Assembly: GCA_001938485.1 (NCBI GenBank)
Contig: MQRK01241613.1
Location: 1 to 50,802 of the forward strand
Length of the DNA stretch: 50,802 nucleotides
Direction of reading: 5' to 3'
Origin: Girardia tigrina
Taxonomy: Eukaryota
Shown: piece by piece, positions 34,712 to 48,536 of the stretch
Numbering within the stretch: the first letter of the stretch is position 1
How the letters are laid out: each line of letters opens with the position of its first letter
Notes under the pieces: generated by a model
Database searches by the model: none
Told to the model about the DNA's origin: nothing
The model's input: the letters and a program-made list of their open reading frames with translations, nothing else
Made by a program: the position numbers and the translations under genes

Positions 34712-35760
34712 ATGGATTGTCAAGTCGACAAAAAATTGCATTTTCGACACCTCCTTCTTTTCGCCTTTAATCAAGGTCAAAAAGTGAGTGAAGCTACCAG
34801 AGATATTTGTGCCGTGTATGGAGAGGACGCTATAGCTGAGAGAACTGCTCGGGATTCGTTTGCCAGGTTCAAACACAATAATTTCGACCTCAACGACGCT
34901 CCTCGTTCCGGAAGACCAGTCGAGATGGACGAGGACCAACTTGGGGATCTTTTGAAGTAAGATGGTCGCCAGACATGCAGAGAATTAGCCGAAAAGATGA
35001 ATTGTGATTTTGCGACAATTTCACGCCACCTTCAGTCGATGGGTTTCACTCAAAAGCTTGGAGCTTGGGTCCCGCACAAACTCACGCAAAAGCAGAAGGA
35101 TAAGCCGATTTCCATTGCTGCTCAAAATCTCGCTCGACAACAAGGAACCCATGGCCACAGACAATGTTTCTTATACAGAATCGTCACTGGAGACGAGAAA
35201 AGGTGTCTCTATGTGAATATGAGGCAAAGGAAAGAGTGGATGAGTACTGGAGAGAATCCTAAGCCCAAGATCAAGAAAGACCTGCACCCGATGAAGACAA
35301 TGATTTGCGTATGGTGTGATTGGGAAGGTCTAACTTCCCCTGGGAAATGCTTGGAAAGAATATGACAGTAGAAAAGAATCTCTATAAAGTCAAATTGCAT
35401 CGAGTCAATGAGACAATTCAACAAAAAAGACCGCATCAACAAGGCCAGGTGATCCTCCTCCATGACAATGCTCGACCACAAACCGCAAAAACTGTCAAGA
35501 TGGCACTCCAAGAGCTCGGTTTGAAGGTCCTTCAACATCCTCCCTATTCCCTAGACCTCGCCCCGACTGATTACCATCTCTTCCGCTACCTTTCAAATGA
35601 AATGAGGTGTCTTAGCTTCGGAAATCAGGATCATCTTGAGAATTGGTTCAACAACTTCTTCGAGACTCGACCTAAGGATTTCTGGCAAAATGAAATCAAC
35701 AAACTGGTGGAAAGATGGGAAGAAGTAGTGAACAATGAAGGAGAGTACACAATTGATTGA
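34712..35760 (+). pseudogene. Mariner DD34D transposase with a premature stop (34958) and a frameshift (about 35330)
   Basis: HFRHLLLFAF, RSGRP, WVPHKL, VTGDEK, LLHDNARP, HPPYSLDLAPTDY. Confidence 0.93.
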
Positions 35761-35869
35761 AATGTTATTATTTTTGCTGTTAAAATTTTATGATTTCAAT
35801 AAATATATAGTTAACTGAGTCATTATTTTGGTTGTTAAAATTCTTTAATTTCTTTGAAAATAAATGTTT

Positions 35870-36219
35870 AAATAATATTATTAAAAAAAAAAATTTTTAT
35901 AAAAACAACTACGTTTTTCAAGCATTACCAATGCACTAAAAAGAGGAAAATAATTTTTTCTCTAGACATGTGCGAAATTTTATACCTAACCAAAAACGTG
36001 GGGCGGATTTCTGAATTACTGCTATTAGTAACTGCTATTTCCTCTTTACTGCTTTTTCTTGTAACAATCGATAATTTCTATGCCCCACGTTTTTGGTTAG
36101 GTATAAAATTTCGCACATGTCTAGAAAAAAAATTATTTTCCTCTTTTTAGTGCATTGGTAATGTTTGAAAAACGTGGTTGTTTTTATAAAAAAATTTTTT
36201 TTATTAATAATATTATTTT
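35870..36219. repeat. Near-perfect foldback (arms about 135 bp, 77-bp spacer) inside the mariner 3' UTR insert
   Basis: ...CTAGACATGTGCGAAATTTTATACCTAACCAAAAACGTGGGGC pairs with GCCCCACGTTTTTGGTTAGGTATAAAATTTCGCACATGTCTAG... Confidence 0.9.
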
Positions 36220-38254
36220 ACTATTTTTAGTTATCATTTAGGAATTCAAATCTTACGATTGATTTCGAATAACAGAAATGATAATAAAGCCAAAATAACA
36301 AAGTTTTATTTTAATAAAAGCAAGTTTTATTTCAAAATAATTTTTTGTACGTATTAATTAATATTATTGATTTTTTTAATAAAGTTAAAATTTTCATAAA
36401 GTTAAATTATAGCATATGCGGTTTATGAAGAGCCGTAAATGTTTTAAAATATTGTATTGTCATCGGAAGCAAGCCTGTATAAAAAAATTCAGCTCAATTG
36501 GATGACTGAAAGTGGTCGAAAAATCAATCGCAAGATTTGTTCCAGACAAGAAAGCAAGCTAATAAAAACGTGGTAAAAACGGTGGGAACTTATGCAACAA
36601 CCCAATATTTTAAATAATAATTTGTTTGATATTTTTTCGGTCTAAGATTCCTTTCTTTAAGAACAAAATGAATGTACAAATTGTTTAAAGAATTTTTATT
36701 CCCTGATAACTACTTGTTCTAAACTGTCCAGTAATTTTAGAATTCCATCACGAAAAAATTGTTTCGTCTTTTGAAGCGATCAAAGGTACAAGACAATTTT
36801 AATGTATGCAAAAGATAAGGGTTGGTGGCCATCAACTGTAAAAACCTGATAGCACAGCAATACATGTACTGAGGTTGTTTCACCGTGCCATTGATGGAAT
36901 ATTTATCCGTCCCAGGAAAATAATTGCATATCTTATCATGTTTTTTTTCTCCCGGTCCGAGCCCGGGTTTGTTGATGTAAAACCCAGATTCCCTTCTGGC
37001 ACGCGAGAGTAAAATCTCTCTATGTTCTTCGCTAACCATAAAAAGTTCCGAAGATTTCAGATCTGCAACTAAATTTTCACCAATAGAATAATTTGCCGGA
37101 TTCCCAGCACCACAATCATTACATTAGGCACAAACTAGAGCCATTTCTCTTTCTATCGTCATAACTACAGGATTTGTTAGTTTCCATTCTGCTATTCAGA
37201 AGATATCCGAAATATCTTTTTATAACATTTTATTATGAATATTGGTTCTTGATCAAGAATGGAATTCATTAACGCAATGCTTTATTTCTAACAATGATTT
37301 TTTAAACAAATTTCTGAGGAACAATGTTTCATTTTTACCACAACCAGATATCCTATTTGAAATAAAATAATGATATATAATTTTAGTTAATTTATGTTTA
37401 ATAATTTAAGTACAATAAATTATAACTTAAATTTTTACGAAAATTAAATCCCAATCTGTTTTTTATTTCATCATAATTTTGTCACTTCTATTATAAATTA
37501 ATTTTCTGAAACTATTGTTTATATTAATTCATTTTTACCGAAATTAAATTGTTCTAAAAATTAATTTTACTGATAGAAAACTTTAATAATATTTCACTCT
37601 ATTAAAAAATTCATTTTAATTAGTAAAATATTATTTTAACTTATCTTAACTATAAATATGATTTTCAATTTAAAGATTTTCAAAAATTTTAAGTTCTGTC
37701 AAAAAACCCTTAATAAAGATGAAGTTTAATTCATTAGTTTTAATGTAACCAATGTCGATTGGTATTTATAAAAGATGGTAACGCATTCTTGGATATTCAG
37801 TCACTATAAATATTGATAAATATTTTTTTGATTAATAAATGTAAGTTCAAACGAAATTTTCCCATCATTTTCATTTATATCCCTCGATAAAATTCAAAAT
37901 GTGACGATTTTTGATCAATATCTGCTTAGACAGTTTAAACTTTGCCTTCCAAAAACCTCGTGGGGGAAACTATGCATTGTAAATTTGTTTTCACTGAGGA
38001 ATAGGCGTTTTAGGCACTTACACCAAATAAATAAGTGCAAATTAAAGTAAGAACTAATAAAATGCTTATTTGAATCGAATAATGATATAACATATCTGTT
38101 TGATCACAAAGCGATACTTGGACCGCAGCCGTCTCACTCCATCCCTTGTAATAAGTGTCTCTGTCTGGAAGGAATTGCATATACTCCAATCTCCAGTTAG
38201 CGTACAAGCTTAGATTACCTCCTCTCATGTCTTGCAAGAATCGCATAATCATTC

Positions 38255-38992
38255 TGTTAGGATTTTGGAAAATGTATATGAACACTTCTTGATAAAATTT
38301 TATATAAGTAAAATTTAAAATAATTCTTTTAGTAAAATTATTAATTTCAAACAAAATAATATTTAGTTTAATAAAACTTGGAATTAAAAATTATGTTTGT
38401 TTTACTTCATCAAAAATTATAAATATTTTAGTCTTTGTTTTATTTCATCAATTTTCAAGGTTGATGAAAATTACTATATAAACAGCAGCAAATTTAGTTT
38501 TAGTTTGCCCAAAAATATCTGCAAGAAATTTACTCAAAGAAGAAGTCTCTGTAACAAGTAACGTAAATACAAAATTTATTTTATTTTTATTTTATTCTTT
38601 TAAAATATTGTTAAACCACAAGTATCCTGTATGGGAGAAAAAGGTTTATTCTAAAAAGTACAATGTCGTTCGTTTTGGGAGATTCACAGTTTTTACTGTA
38701 ATCTATTAACTCGTACGAAATATTGTTTTGTGTTTGTGTTCTGTAATCAAGAATTGAATTATTATTATTATTTTTGACTTGTCAATATTTGTTATTTGAA
38801 ATAAAGTTTCGTAAAAGAATTTGTGTTCATTATTCATATATTTATGTTGGAATTCCTTTCTGATTAATTGGAGTCAGATCAAAGATTATTGATTAAAGAA
38901 TAAAGAATAGAGATTTACGATTATAGAATAAAGAATAAAGATTTGTGTTTAAAAAGTGAATATTTAAATTAAAGATAATTTAATACCCAACA
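38255..38992 (+). mobile_element. Solo LTR (TGTTAGG...CCCAACA family), 4-bp TSD ATTC
   Basis: TGTT/AACA ends with ATTC at 38251-38254 and 38993-38996. Internal TATATAAA (about 38476) and AATAAA (about 38800). Homologous to 22482-23331. Confidence 0.88.
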
Positions 38993-40832
38993 ATTCTATA
39001 TAGTGTAATCCAGGTCACTGACGCCGTTCGCAATGTCCCACACCACTTAATTGTTAGGAGCCCGTTCGTTCACGTAGTCACTCTGGCCGTCTCTACTGTC
39101 AACCGTAATCGTAGAACCGTAGTACCCGACGTTATCAACGTCTTCTCGGAGAGGCATGGGGTCATCAATGACAATGGGGTCAACAGACAAGATCCAATTG
39201 AATTGCTACAGGTGAAAGGCGCTGAGAACAACTATGATTCTCTAATAAATCTATCACTATTATCATTTCGACTGTGGCAATTGTAATGTTCGAAAGAGAA
39301 GAAAACGATGAAAACTCGCTGTAACATCGAACACTTGTACTTTTTAAAAATATCAACCAATTGTGTATATTTAAACGAATCACATTTATCACATTTAATT
39401 ATCATGAGTTTTTTATTAAGATTTAGTCTGAACAATATCCGAGTACCACATATAGCTATAATGAGTACCGGTTCTAGTTCTTTTATCTTTCAAACGAACG
39501 ATTCCATAAAACCAATTTTGTTAGAGCTAAATAGAACCAATAATCAAAAGAAAAACATTTCTAAAAAATACAGCGGATTTGATAAAATATCCAACTTGAG
39601 CGTTTCGAAATAAATCTTTACACTTTTGTCACATGAGCGAAAGAATTAACTTTAAATAAGAACAACTTAGCCGTGTCTTTAATCGCCACTCAGTCATTGT
39701 GTGGCTCAAACGAATCATTCGTAGCCTATGTCGTTCATCTGTCTTTGAATTCCTAGTTTATAGCAGACTATGGTATGCTATACCTTTTTGATGTCATTTG
39801 ATACACGACGTTGAGGTCGATGTTAAGTGTTCTACTTCCTCTTCTTGAAGCCATCGTAAAAGATCTATTTTTCATTTACAATCACAATCTGATGTACGAA
39901 ACATCCCTTTGATATCTCTGAGTCAGCTGCTCGCAAAAACAAAATTACCTTTCCAAATCTCTCTCTGTTAGTTCCTAAGGTATTTTTTGATATATGATGA
40001 CTCTTTAGATCATATAGGGAGCAATTTAGTGAATTTCAAAATGTAAATATTTTTTTTGTGGAAACAATGTGTTTTTAATGAGGTTTTCTCATATTTTTTT
40101 GTTATGAATTCCTAAAATTAAATTAGCTTATAATTTTTTATTTAATTAATATTCAGTATTAGATTTCTTTTATTTTAATTATTTTCTTAGACACTTATTA
40201 CCTGTTCCTTTTAGTCCTTTTTTAATTAAATTAATTAGTAATTAAACACACAGCAATTATAATTGATAATTATCTTCAAACATTACAATGGTCATTGAGA
40301 CTGAAAAAAAATCAAAGATAAAATAAAAATAAAGAAAATTCTTATAAAATTTATTAATTATGAAATGTACAATTTTCCATGAAATATTATTATGAAATTT
40401 GATAAGATTTTTGAATATCAACTGTGAAATGTGAGAGGCATCTCTGAAAATAAAATAAAATTAGAGCATTTAATTATTAAAAAAATTATCTTTTAAATAA
40501 AAAACTGATTATTTAACTTTAATAATTATTCGAATATTTTCAATAAAATCACTTTGAAATTTCAATAATATAGAAATAATTGTCATTATATATTTATTAA
40601 TTTTTTTCAAAATAATAAATTAATTTTATCAAATCATTTTCACAAATTACATTTAACGTTTTTATTTTATCAAAAGAAATTATAAAATAATTAATTATTC
40701 TATATTAAACCGACTTTATTTAAGCAAGAAATTGATATTGTTAACTTAAAACGTTTTGATTACTTTTCATTTATTAGTCTTATTATTAATTTTTCAAATT
40801 CATAAAAATTAATTGATAATAATAAAATATTA

Positions 40833-40874
<42 letters not shown>

Positions 40875-42099
40875 CTTGTTATTTTGTAATTTTTATTATT
40901 TAATTTTAACAATTATATATGAATAAAAAATATTTCTATATTACCAAAATTTTAATTTTTAATTTTAAAATCTGAATTATCCATGGATATTCAAATTAAT
41001 ATTCATTAAGTACATGAACAATTCAGAATAATTATATTTATTAAAAATAAATAATAATTATAATTACATATCGCCATGCTTTCACCACCCCTACCCACAA
41101 ATTTACTCTTCAGAAAGCGGTCACCTAAAGTATTCCTCCCTATAGGGACTGGAATAGAGGGGAGAAAGTGATACAAAATAATATAATTTTAATTAAATTG
41201 TTGATTATACAAATTTCAAAAATTATATATGAAAAAAATTATTTAAAGAAAGTTTTTCATAAATATAACTATAAAATATTATTCTAAGATTGTGGTTGAA
41301 TGGCTTAATGACATCCTCTGAAAGGAAAATCATTTATCAACTTGTATGGAAGAAAAACGAGGTAATCTAACGAGACTTGTTTACGGGCGATTGCGGATTA
41401 TCAAAGTAGCAATCGAATTCCTCGAAATAAATTGTAATTCCCAAAGGAATTAAATAATTATGAAAAGTTAGGTCAATTTAATTTGAAAGAAATGGGTGGT
41501 AGTTAAAAATATTATCTTACATCCAAAATAATTCAGCAGATCAATGATTGAATTATTTTACTTACTTTAAACAAATTACGACTGACCTTGAGTGATAATC
41601 TTCAGTAAAAAATTAGTTTATTTCTGTGGAAAAAATCCCAAAATTTATCTAATTATCGAATATCCTCACAAAGATATCAACTCGGAAAGATCGCGGATTT
41701 TATTCCTCAGAAAATGAATTTTTTTCGAGCCTTTTTATCAAAGAACCTTTATTTTGTATTCATTTAAAACGATCTCAAACCAGATCAAGACAAGAAAGAA
41801 GCACAAATATTAAATTCCTAATCTTTAGGTACAATCTATATCACGTCTTTGTAGAATGTCTATCAATAAAATGTTTCATAATAAAACAATTTCAAATTAA
41901 TCCATCAAATTTAAATTTTTAAAGAAAGCAGAAATCAAAGAGTTATATTTACATGGAGCATTCAATAATTATCCAGCCTGATAAACAAAACGAATTTATC
42001 AGGCCAAAAGAGCCATTTTTACAACTTAAGCTTAACGTATGTAGTTTTCATTTTAAAAATCATGTCCCTTTCGCTCAACGCACTTCCACCAACGAATGA

Positions 42100-42815
42100 T
42101 AAACTCTTAAAAACATTTCTGAAATTTAATGGGGGAATGTGACGATGAAAATCTTCACGTCAAATCGTCTTTGGATCTAAACTAAATAAAAATTGCTTGG
42201 TGCCAAATTTAGACTCTACGGCTGATGATCTACAAGCACTATTCTAACACTTTCAACTGTAACTGGAGAAATTCCCGCTGTGTGTATTGGTACATTGTCG
42301 AAGAGAAACTATAGATGCGTATTTTTCTGCTTCCGTCTCTTCTTTTTGGTAGTTGCCACGAGTTGACTGTCTTAGACAACGTTGATGGTGATGCCCTTAT
42401 CCGTAATCTCCATGAGAATAACCTTTTATGATACCTGAAAATGGAAATCATCATCACTCGTCTATGACTTGTCCCAACTCGCATCTTCAAAGATGGTTTC
42501 TCTCCAGGCAGTTTCACTATGCTTTGTTTCCGGAGAATACAAATTGGGTTTGGTTTCATCCTCCGTAATTAAATTTGCCAGAAAAATATCACCATGTTGG
42601 TTCAACAAGTTTAGGCTGTTCTAGACTGAACTCCAAGTGGTTTGTATCATTTAAATAGTTAGGAGCAAGGTATTAAATAATACAAATAATACAAATTTGT
42701 AGCATTATTTTCTGATACCAATAAATTTCCACTTGGCGTAAGCTGAACCAACACTGACGTTGAGCTTCGTTGACAGAATTGTTATGGTTATTCGACGCAA
42801 TTCTTGACAATTTTC
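42100..42815 (-). pseudogene. Highly decayed mariner-type transposase
   Basis: Read across frames: RRITITILSTKLNVSVGSAY (HTH), FLANLITEDET, LFDNVPIHTAG, HQP*SLNLAPSNFYL. Confidence 0.75.
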
Positions 42816-43391
42816 AATTCCCGGAAAAATTCTACCAATTATTAAAACAAATTTGTTTTTTATTTAATTTACATTGAACTTATATTCTATTTATTTAATT
42901 ATTTCTTAAAAAATTTGAGGAACTAAATTACTAAAGTTTTATTTTTTTGTTAAACCGGTATTTTATAAAATTATATTTAATTAACTAATTTAACTTAATT
43001 TCGATTGCCTATTTCAAAAATTTAATTTAATTTCAAAAAAATAATAAAATAATATAAAATGATAAAATAAAATATAATATAATACAATAAATAAATAAAT
43101 AATTTGAGGTGAGGTTTGATACAAATACTACTATTTTAAACTATTTTCTTTATTTCTATTATAACTTGTCGAAATTAAATAATTAAATGGCTAAATTGGA
43201 CGATGCATTTCAAGAAATGTTGTGAAAGCTTCTTCACAGAAATAAATTGTAATTTTTTAATCATTTAATTATTATTCCATTCTTTTTATTAACTTACTTT
43301 CTATATAAGTATATATANNNNNNNNNNNNNNNNNNNNNNNNNNNNNNNNNNNNNNNNNNNNNNNNNNATATATATATATATATATATATAT

Positions 43392-43505
43392 CCATGGAAT
43401 TTAGAAACCTATTTTTGAAGGCCTTTTACCAAATCGATTTTCTTCAAAATTTGCACACTTATTCATTCTCGATGACAATAAATGATTATGTAAAAATTTG
43501 ATCGA
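43392..43505 (+). repeat. Dispersed repeat end abutting (TA)n; homolog of 1195-1307
   Basis: See the 1195-1307 entry. Confidence 0.7.
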
Positions 43506-44132
43506 AAAAATCTTTTAAAGATCCGAAAATGGGAAAAAACGGAAAAAGTCGGAGTTATCGAAAAATTTTAATTGCAAGATATCTATTTATAAATTATAAG
43601 TAGTTTATATTAATGTTTAATGTTATTTTAATTGAAACTTAAATTTTAAAATCTTTGTTGGCAAAGTAGAGTTCTGTCTGCCTAAAGAATGGATATAAAA
43701 AATTTAATTTTTTTTAACGAAAATCCTTTTTTTAAAAAATCAATAGCAGTGCATTTTCAAAAAACTTGTTTAATCCGTGCTGAAATAAAAAAAACGGTGT
43801 GGTAACTTTTCAGACACCAACCTCATAAAATTTATAAGAAAATTAACTCGTTTTTTTTAAATGGAAATTTTAGGTGGATTACTAGTTTTAGTATATCCTC
43901 AGATCCGGAAAAGAGTTTCAAAATCATTCGTTACGTAATTTTAATGTTTCATAAATTTTGTTGTACAATAAAATAAGTATCATGATAATAAAATAAAATA
44001 TAACATATAAGGGTTAATCGAAATGTACAAGAAGTCTTTGAAGATCTAGGAGTTATTAAAGTTGATATTATCTGGTTCAATTATTTGACTGAAACCTACT
44101 TTTCATGCAGAAGTGGAACAACCACTGTTTAA

Positions 44133-44374
44133 CCCATTTCGACCCCCTGTACTATGTAAAGTACATCAGTTTAATGTTGTTCTAAATTTTATACTGATGA
44201 TTTTATACTGCTCATAAAATCCCATTGAACTATACAAAGTACATAGCTATATTTCTCATATTTTAAGTTTTTTATTGTCAATTTTAGTTATAAATATAAA
44301 GGATAATTTAAACGTATCAATAAATTCGAAATATGCGGTATATTATTAGAAATTAATTACTTGGGTCAAATAGG
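44133..44374. mobile_element. piggyBac-type MITE
   Basis: TTAA|CCCATTTCGACCC...GGGTCAAATAGG|TTAA: TTAA TSD with imperfect CC...GG TIRs. Confidence 0.6.
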
Positions 44375-44534
44375 TTAAAAAACTACTTTATTAAGAATTC
44401 TAATTGAATTAATTTCCTAATCATTTAATTTTCGTAACATTATATACTAACAACATACGGTCAATGCTGAATCCTTAAAATAAGTTCTTAAAATATGTAT
44501 TTTAAAGGGGACTAAAATAATAGTAATATTATGC

Positions 44535-44566
<32 letters not shown>

Positions 44567-46619
44567 TATTATTATTATCATTATTAATTATTTTATTTAT
44601 ATTATTCATTTTTAAAAATTTTAAAACTTTTCTTTCGTTAAAATAATATTTTTTATTGCTTTTAATCTATATAAACAGTAATTTATAAATATTTATAGAA
44701 ATATTTATTATCATATATAATCATTCTTATTAGCTTTTTTATTTATTAAAATTTTTAAAAAATGAAACAAACTTGCATATTTAAAACTGAATTTTCAATA
44801 TTTTCTATTCTTTTATGGAAGGCTGTGTATTCGTCTCTCATTTCTGTGACCGTTCTGAATATTGAATGTTGAGTCTAAAAAGAAGAAAAGAAACATAATA
44901 CGGGATCAAAACCATTTATTCAAACTTCTTTTCTCATTGAAACAGTATTAAATCTCTAATTCTAGAGTATCGCAATGTAAAAGGCAGTAAAAAATCACAT
45001 TGAACAGAGTTTTCTCTATTAAAAAGGAAGACTCACAATAAACCAATGTACAAATGAGTCGATTTAAATGCTATCTTTAGTGATAAATTAAATATTTTTT
45101 TACTCTTTAAAAGGCTGGCCAATTTTGTTTTATAATTATTTAACTAGACAAAAATAATTATTGTTTTAGTTTTCATTTAAACAAAAAAATATAATTATTT
45201 ATATTTTGCATTCACATTTTAGTTTTAGTTCAAAATAATTCCAAATTAAATTTTCATTTAAAAAACCCCAAATAAATAAATTTTAATCTAAAAGGTTTAT
45301 GTAAGAATAGTTATTCGCGTGCGTGAACGAATAACTATTCTTACTAACAAAAAAAAGAATAATTTGTCAAATTAACAACGTTTAGCTGTCAACTAGGAAC
45401 AGTGTGACGCAAATAAAGTAAAAGTAAATAAAAAAAATCACCTCAGATTATAACGAATTTATTAAAACCACTAAATGTTCTAATACAATATTTCATAATA
45501 ATAAAATCACAGACGGAGATAATAAATCACAGAAGCAGATCAAAATCAACGGTAAGTAATTATTATTAAATTGTATTGTCAATTTATTTATTGATTTTTT
45601 TATATACAATTAATTTCTGTGGCCGGAATATTTTTACTTAATGACATTTCCTGAAGAGATAAAAATACAGTATTCGATTCAATATAATCTAGCTCATTTG
45701 ATGTTTCCTCAACAGCGGCATTTACTTGCATTCCTAAATCTTTAGATATAGCTCGTATCATATTTAAGCTAATTGGGTATCCAAAGTCTCCAGCAATAAG
45801 TTGTTGAATTTCTGTTGCTTTTATTTCTTGACTATTAGATTCCCTCAGTCTCAAAAAACTTTCAAATGATTTTACGTAATTTTCCAATTTTAATAAAAAC
45901 GTTTTTTCTTCTTTTTCAATAATTTTTTTTTGCTAGATCATACTGCATTTCGCATTGCTTCATTTGAATTAATTTGGTCTTCTAACGTTTGAAAAACTGT
46001 GTCTGTAATGGGAGAAAGCCCTCCCGTCATTCCGAAACCGTGATTCGATTGCCTTATAGTTCTATGCAGCAGTTGACGTACCTTCGACTCAACTCCTTGT
46101 CTTCCGGGTCGAGGCTTGCACACGTTAATAAGAAATAAAAAAAACAATAAAAAACAATCGTCAATAAAACATGCACTACAATCCTCACGCACAGGAAACC
46201 TTATGTACAAAGAAAAACTAATCACACCAAGACTTTGTACAAAAGCAAAAGAAAAAAAATCACATACACCCATAAAAAGAAAAAAAACAATAAAAGGTTT
46301 ATACAGTTTATATTAATAACTAATTTTTTTAATGTTTCTATTTTGACTGTCGCTATTTGACTGCCTGTGCTCGCGGTGTAAAGAGCGACAGTCAAAATAG
46401 TGATAATCCAAAAAATATATTTATAAATATATAAAATAAATAACAAAAAAAGGTTAATTTCTAAGTTATAGACAGAAGCTTTTAAGAACTCTCATAAATT
46501 GCATTTATTTTTATTTTTTTGTACTGAAGTTTTTCTTTTATTCAAGGCTGTATTTCTTTTCATTTTTAGAACTAAATCTTTATCTTGTAAAATTTATTTT
46601 TTAAAGAGATTCTTCTCAT

Positions 46620-47300
46620 AGTAACGCCCCAATAGAACTCTAAATGGAAAAGTGCAATTTTTTTCTTTAGACCCTTGGAAGGTATTATACAGGCTTTCAA
46701 GATGTTTTTTGTTTGTTTGAGGGAGTAGATTTAGTCCTATCCGTGTACTCCACATTTCTATCTGGAATATTTGGTATTTTGCTCTTCTCTTCTATTTTTT
46801 CTACTTAAATAATTGTCTTCAAAATAATTTATTAAAGGTACTAGTTGTTGTGGATAATCTGCAACACATTCATTAAAAGCGTGTTTTACTTCAAAGTAGT
46901 ACACTGAAATCTGTTTTTATTTGGTTATTTTTGTACGATTTTGTTTTTTTACGATCTGATTAAAATATTGTTATAGATACTTTTGAAACTTTATGTAATC
47001 TTTTATGTCGTTCATATCGACCGCACAAAAATAGGTTTTAGTGTATCTTCAATGGTATACGGATATTTTCGTTTGCATATATGGTATATTTTTAATTCTT
47101 CATCCTCAGTTTTTCTCAAAAGCGATCGTCCTAATTGAAAATAACAACCATAAATGTGTTTCTAGAAATTTCTCTGTTATTTTGTTTTTAGAAGGTAAAT
47201 CAACATCTATTTAAATACTTCTGCGAAAAAGTTCGGGCTTTAAAAACTTTATTTGATTAAACATTTCAATATAGCTTGATTTTTGCTTATTTGAAAATAA
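46620..47300 (-). pseudogene. Decayed MULE transposase (the mariner at 47384 probably sits inside this element)
   Basis: Read across frames: NKQKSSYIEMFNQIK, YGCYFQLGRSL, LVPLINYFEDNYL, EMWST, LPQTN. Short TATTTTGACTGTCGC-type repeats at 46338-46400 resemble MULE termini. Confidence 0.7.
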
Positions 47301-47383
47301 AACAAATACCAGAGTAAAAAAAAGTGTTTCTAAATTAAAACATGTAATAAATGTAATAAAAATGGTATAGAAATAAATTTATA

Positions 47384-48536
47384 TTAGGTTGTCCAAAATG
47401 TTACCAGTCATGAATGAAAAATACAATTTTTTGTGCAAGAATAACAATTAATCTTCAAAGTACAGTCCATCGTTTTCGACTACTTTCTGTCAACGGTCTG
47501 CAAGCTTTCGGATCTGGGTAAAGTAAAATTCCGGCTGCTTCGAATTGAAAAACTCTTCACATACTTGTTCAACGTCATCGAATGCTTCAAATGGGCGACC
47601 TTTCAAGAAGTGTTGCATGGATCGGAAGAGACCATAGTCGGATGGAAAGTAATTAGGGCTGTAAGCAGGATGCGGCAGGATGTCGACTCCATTCAACTCT
47701 TGGAACCTACCCGTGATCCTCTTGGCAGTATGCGGCTTGGCATTGTCTCGCTGAAGCAGTACACGTTTTCAGTTGATTAAGGCAAGGTACTTCTCCTTGA
47801 GCTTCACGTAGACACGGTCCAGCTGTTAACAATAGAGCTTTGCATTGATGGCCTGTTTGTTCAGAACCAACTCAAAGTGTACGACTCCCTCAAAGTTCCG
47901 CTAGACGCACAAAATGATTTTCAAGTCTAATCGATCTTGTTTTGGAACTGACAGCTATGCTTGACCCGGTGGAACCCATTGCTTGTCTCGGCTGTAGTTA
48001 ACCAAGTAGACCCACTACTCGTCCGACGTCACAATATGTTTCCAAAAGCGGTTCTCTCGTACATTCTTGACGCAGTTTCTTGTGCACAAAGTCGAGCGGC
48101 TTCAAGTATGGTTGACTTGCCAACTCCAAGCTTAAATGTCAAATCGCGGGTGTTTGACGAAGGCTTCATATCCAACTTTGCTTGTAAGTCATCGTTATCC
48201 AATTTTGTTGGTCGTCCAGAACAAGGAATGTCATTCAAGGCAAAGTTGCCTTTATTGAAACGCTTGAACCAATCAATTGCCGTATTTTTTCCGACCGTTT
48301 GTGTACCTTCAACTTTGCAAATTGCCTTGACAGCATCTCGTGTTGTCAAGCCTTTTATCCAATATAGACACAGCAACACACGGATTTCAAGCTTTGTAAT
48401 TTCATAGTTCATATAATGCTATAAATAAATCGATATATATATATATATATATATCAATATCAAATAAATAATGCCGAAAAAATATTTTAAAAAAATGTAT
48501 TTTCATTATTGACCGGGAACTTTTAAGACAACCTAA
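47384..48536 (-). mobile_element. Internally deleted mariner element (DD35D transposase relic, 48412 to about 47450)
   Basis: Imperfect TIRs TTAGGTTGTCCAAAATGTTACCAGTCA / TTAGGTTGTCTTAAAAGTTCCCGGTCA with TA TSD. LEIRVLL...SGRP, VTSDE, LQRDNAKPH, HPAYSPNYFPSDY. Confidence 0.92.

Larger units (their letters stand above)
34545..36605 (+). mobile_element. Mariner element (mellifera/capitata-like) enlarged by about 0.8 kb of 3' UTR insertions
   Basis: Perfect TIR TTGGGTTGTTGCATAAGTTCCCACCGTT at both ends with TA TSD. Confidence 0.93.

Noticed and set aside
41290-41720. Possible decayed protein kinase C-terminal fragment
   Set aside because: The resemblance is vague, with many stops and no diagnostic kinase motif.
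45600-46120. Host gene from ORFs 45600-45887 and 45938-46273
   Set aside because: The two ORFs are out of frame with each other. There is only a weak HTH-like stretch (ATEIQQLIAGDFGYPISLNMIRAISKDLG), probably a transposase relic, too weak to call.
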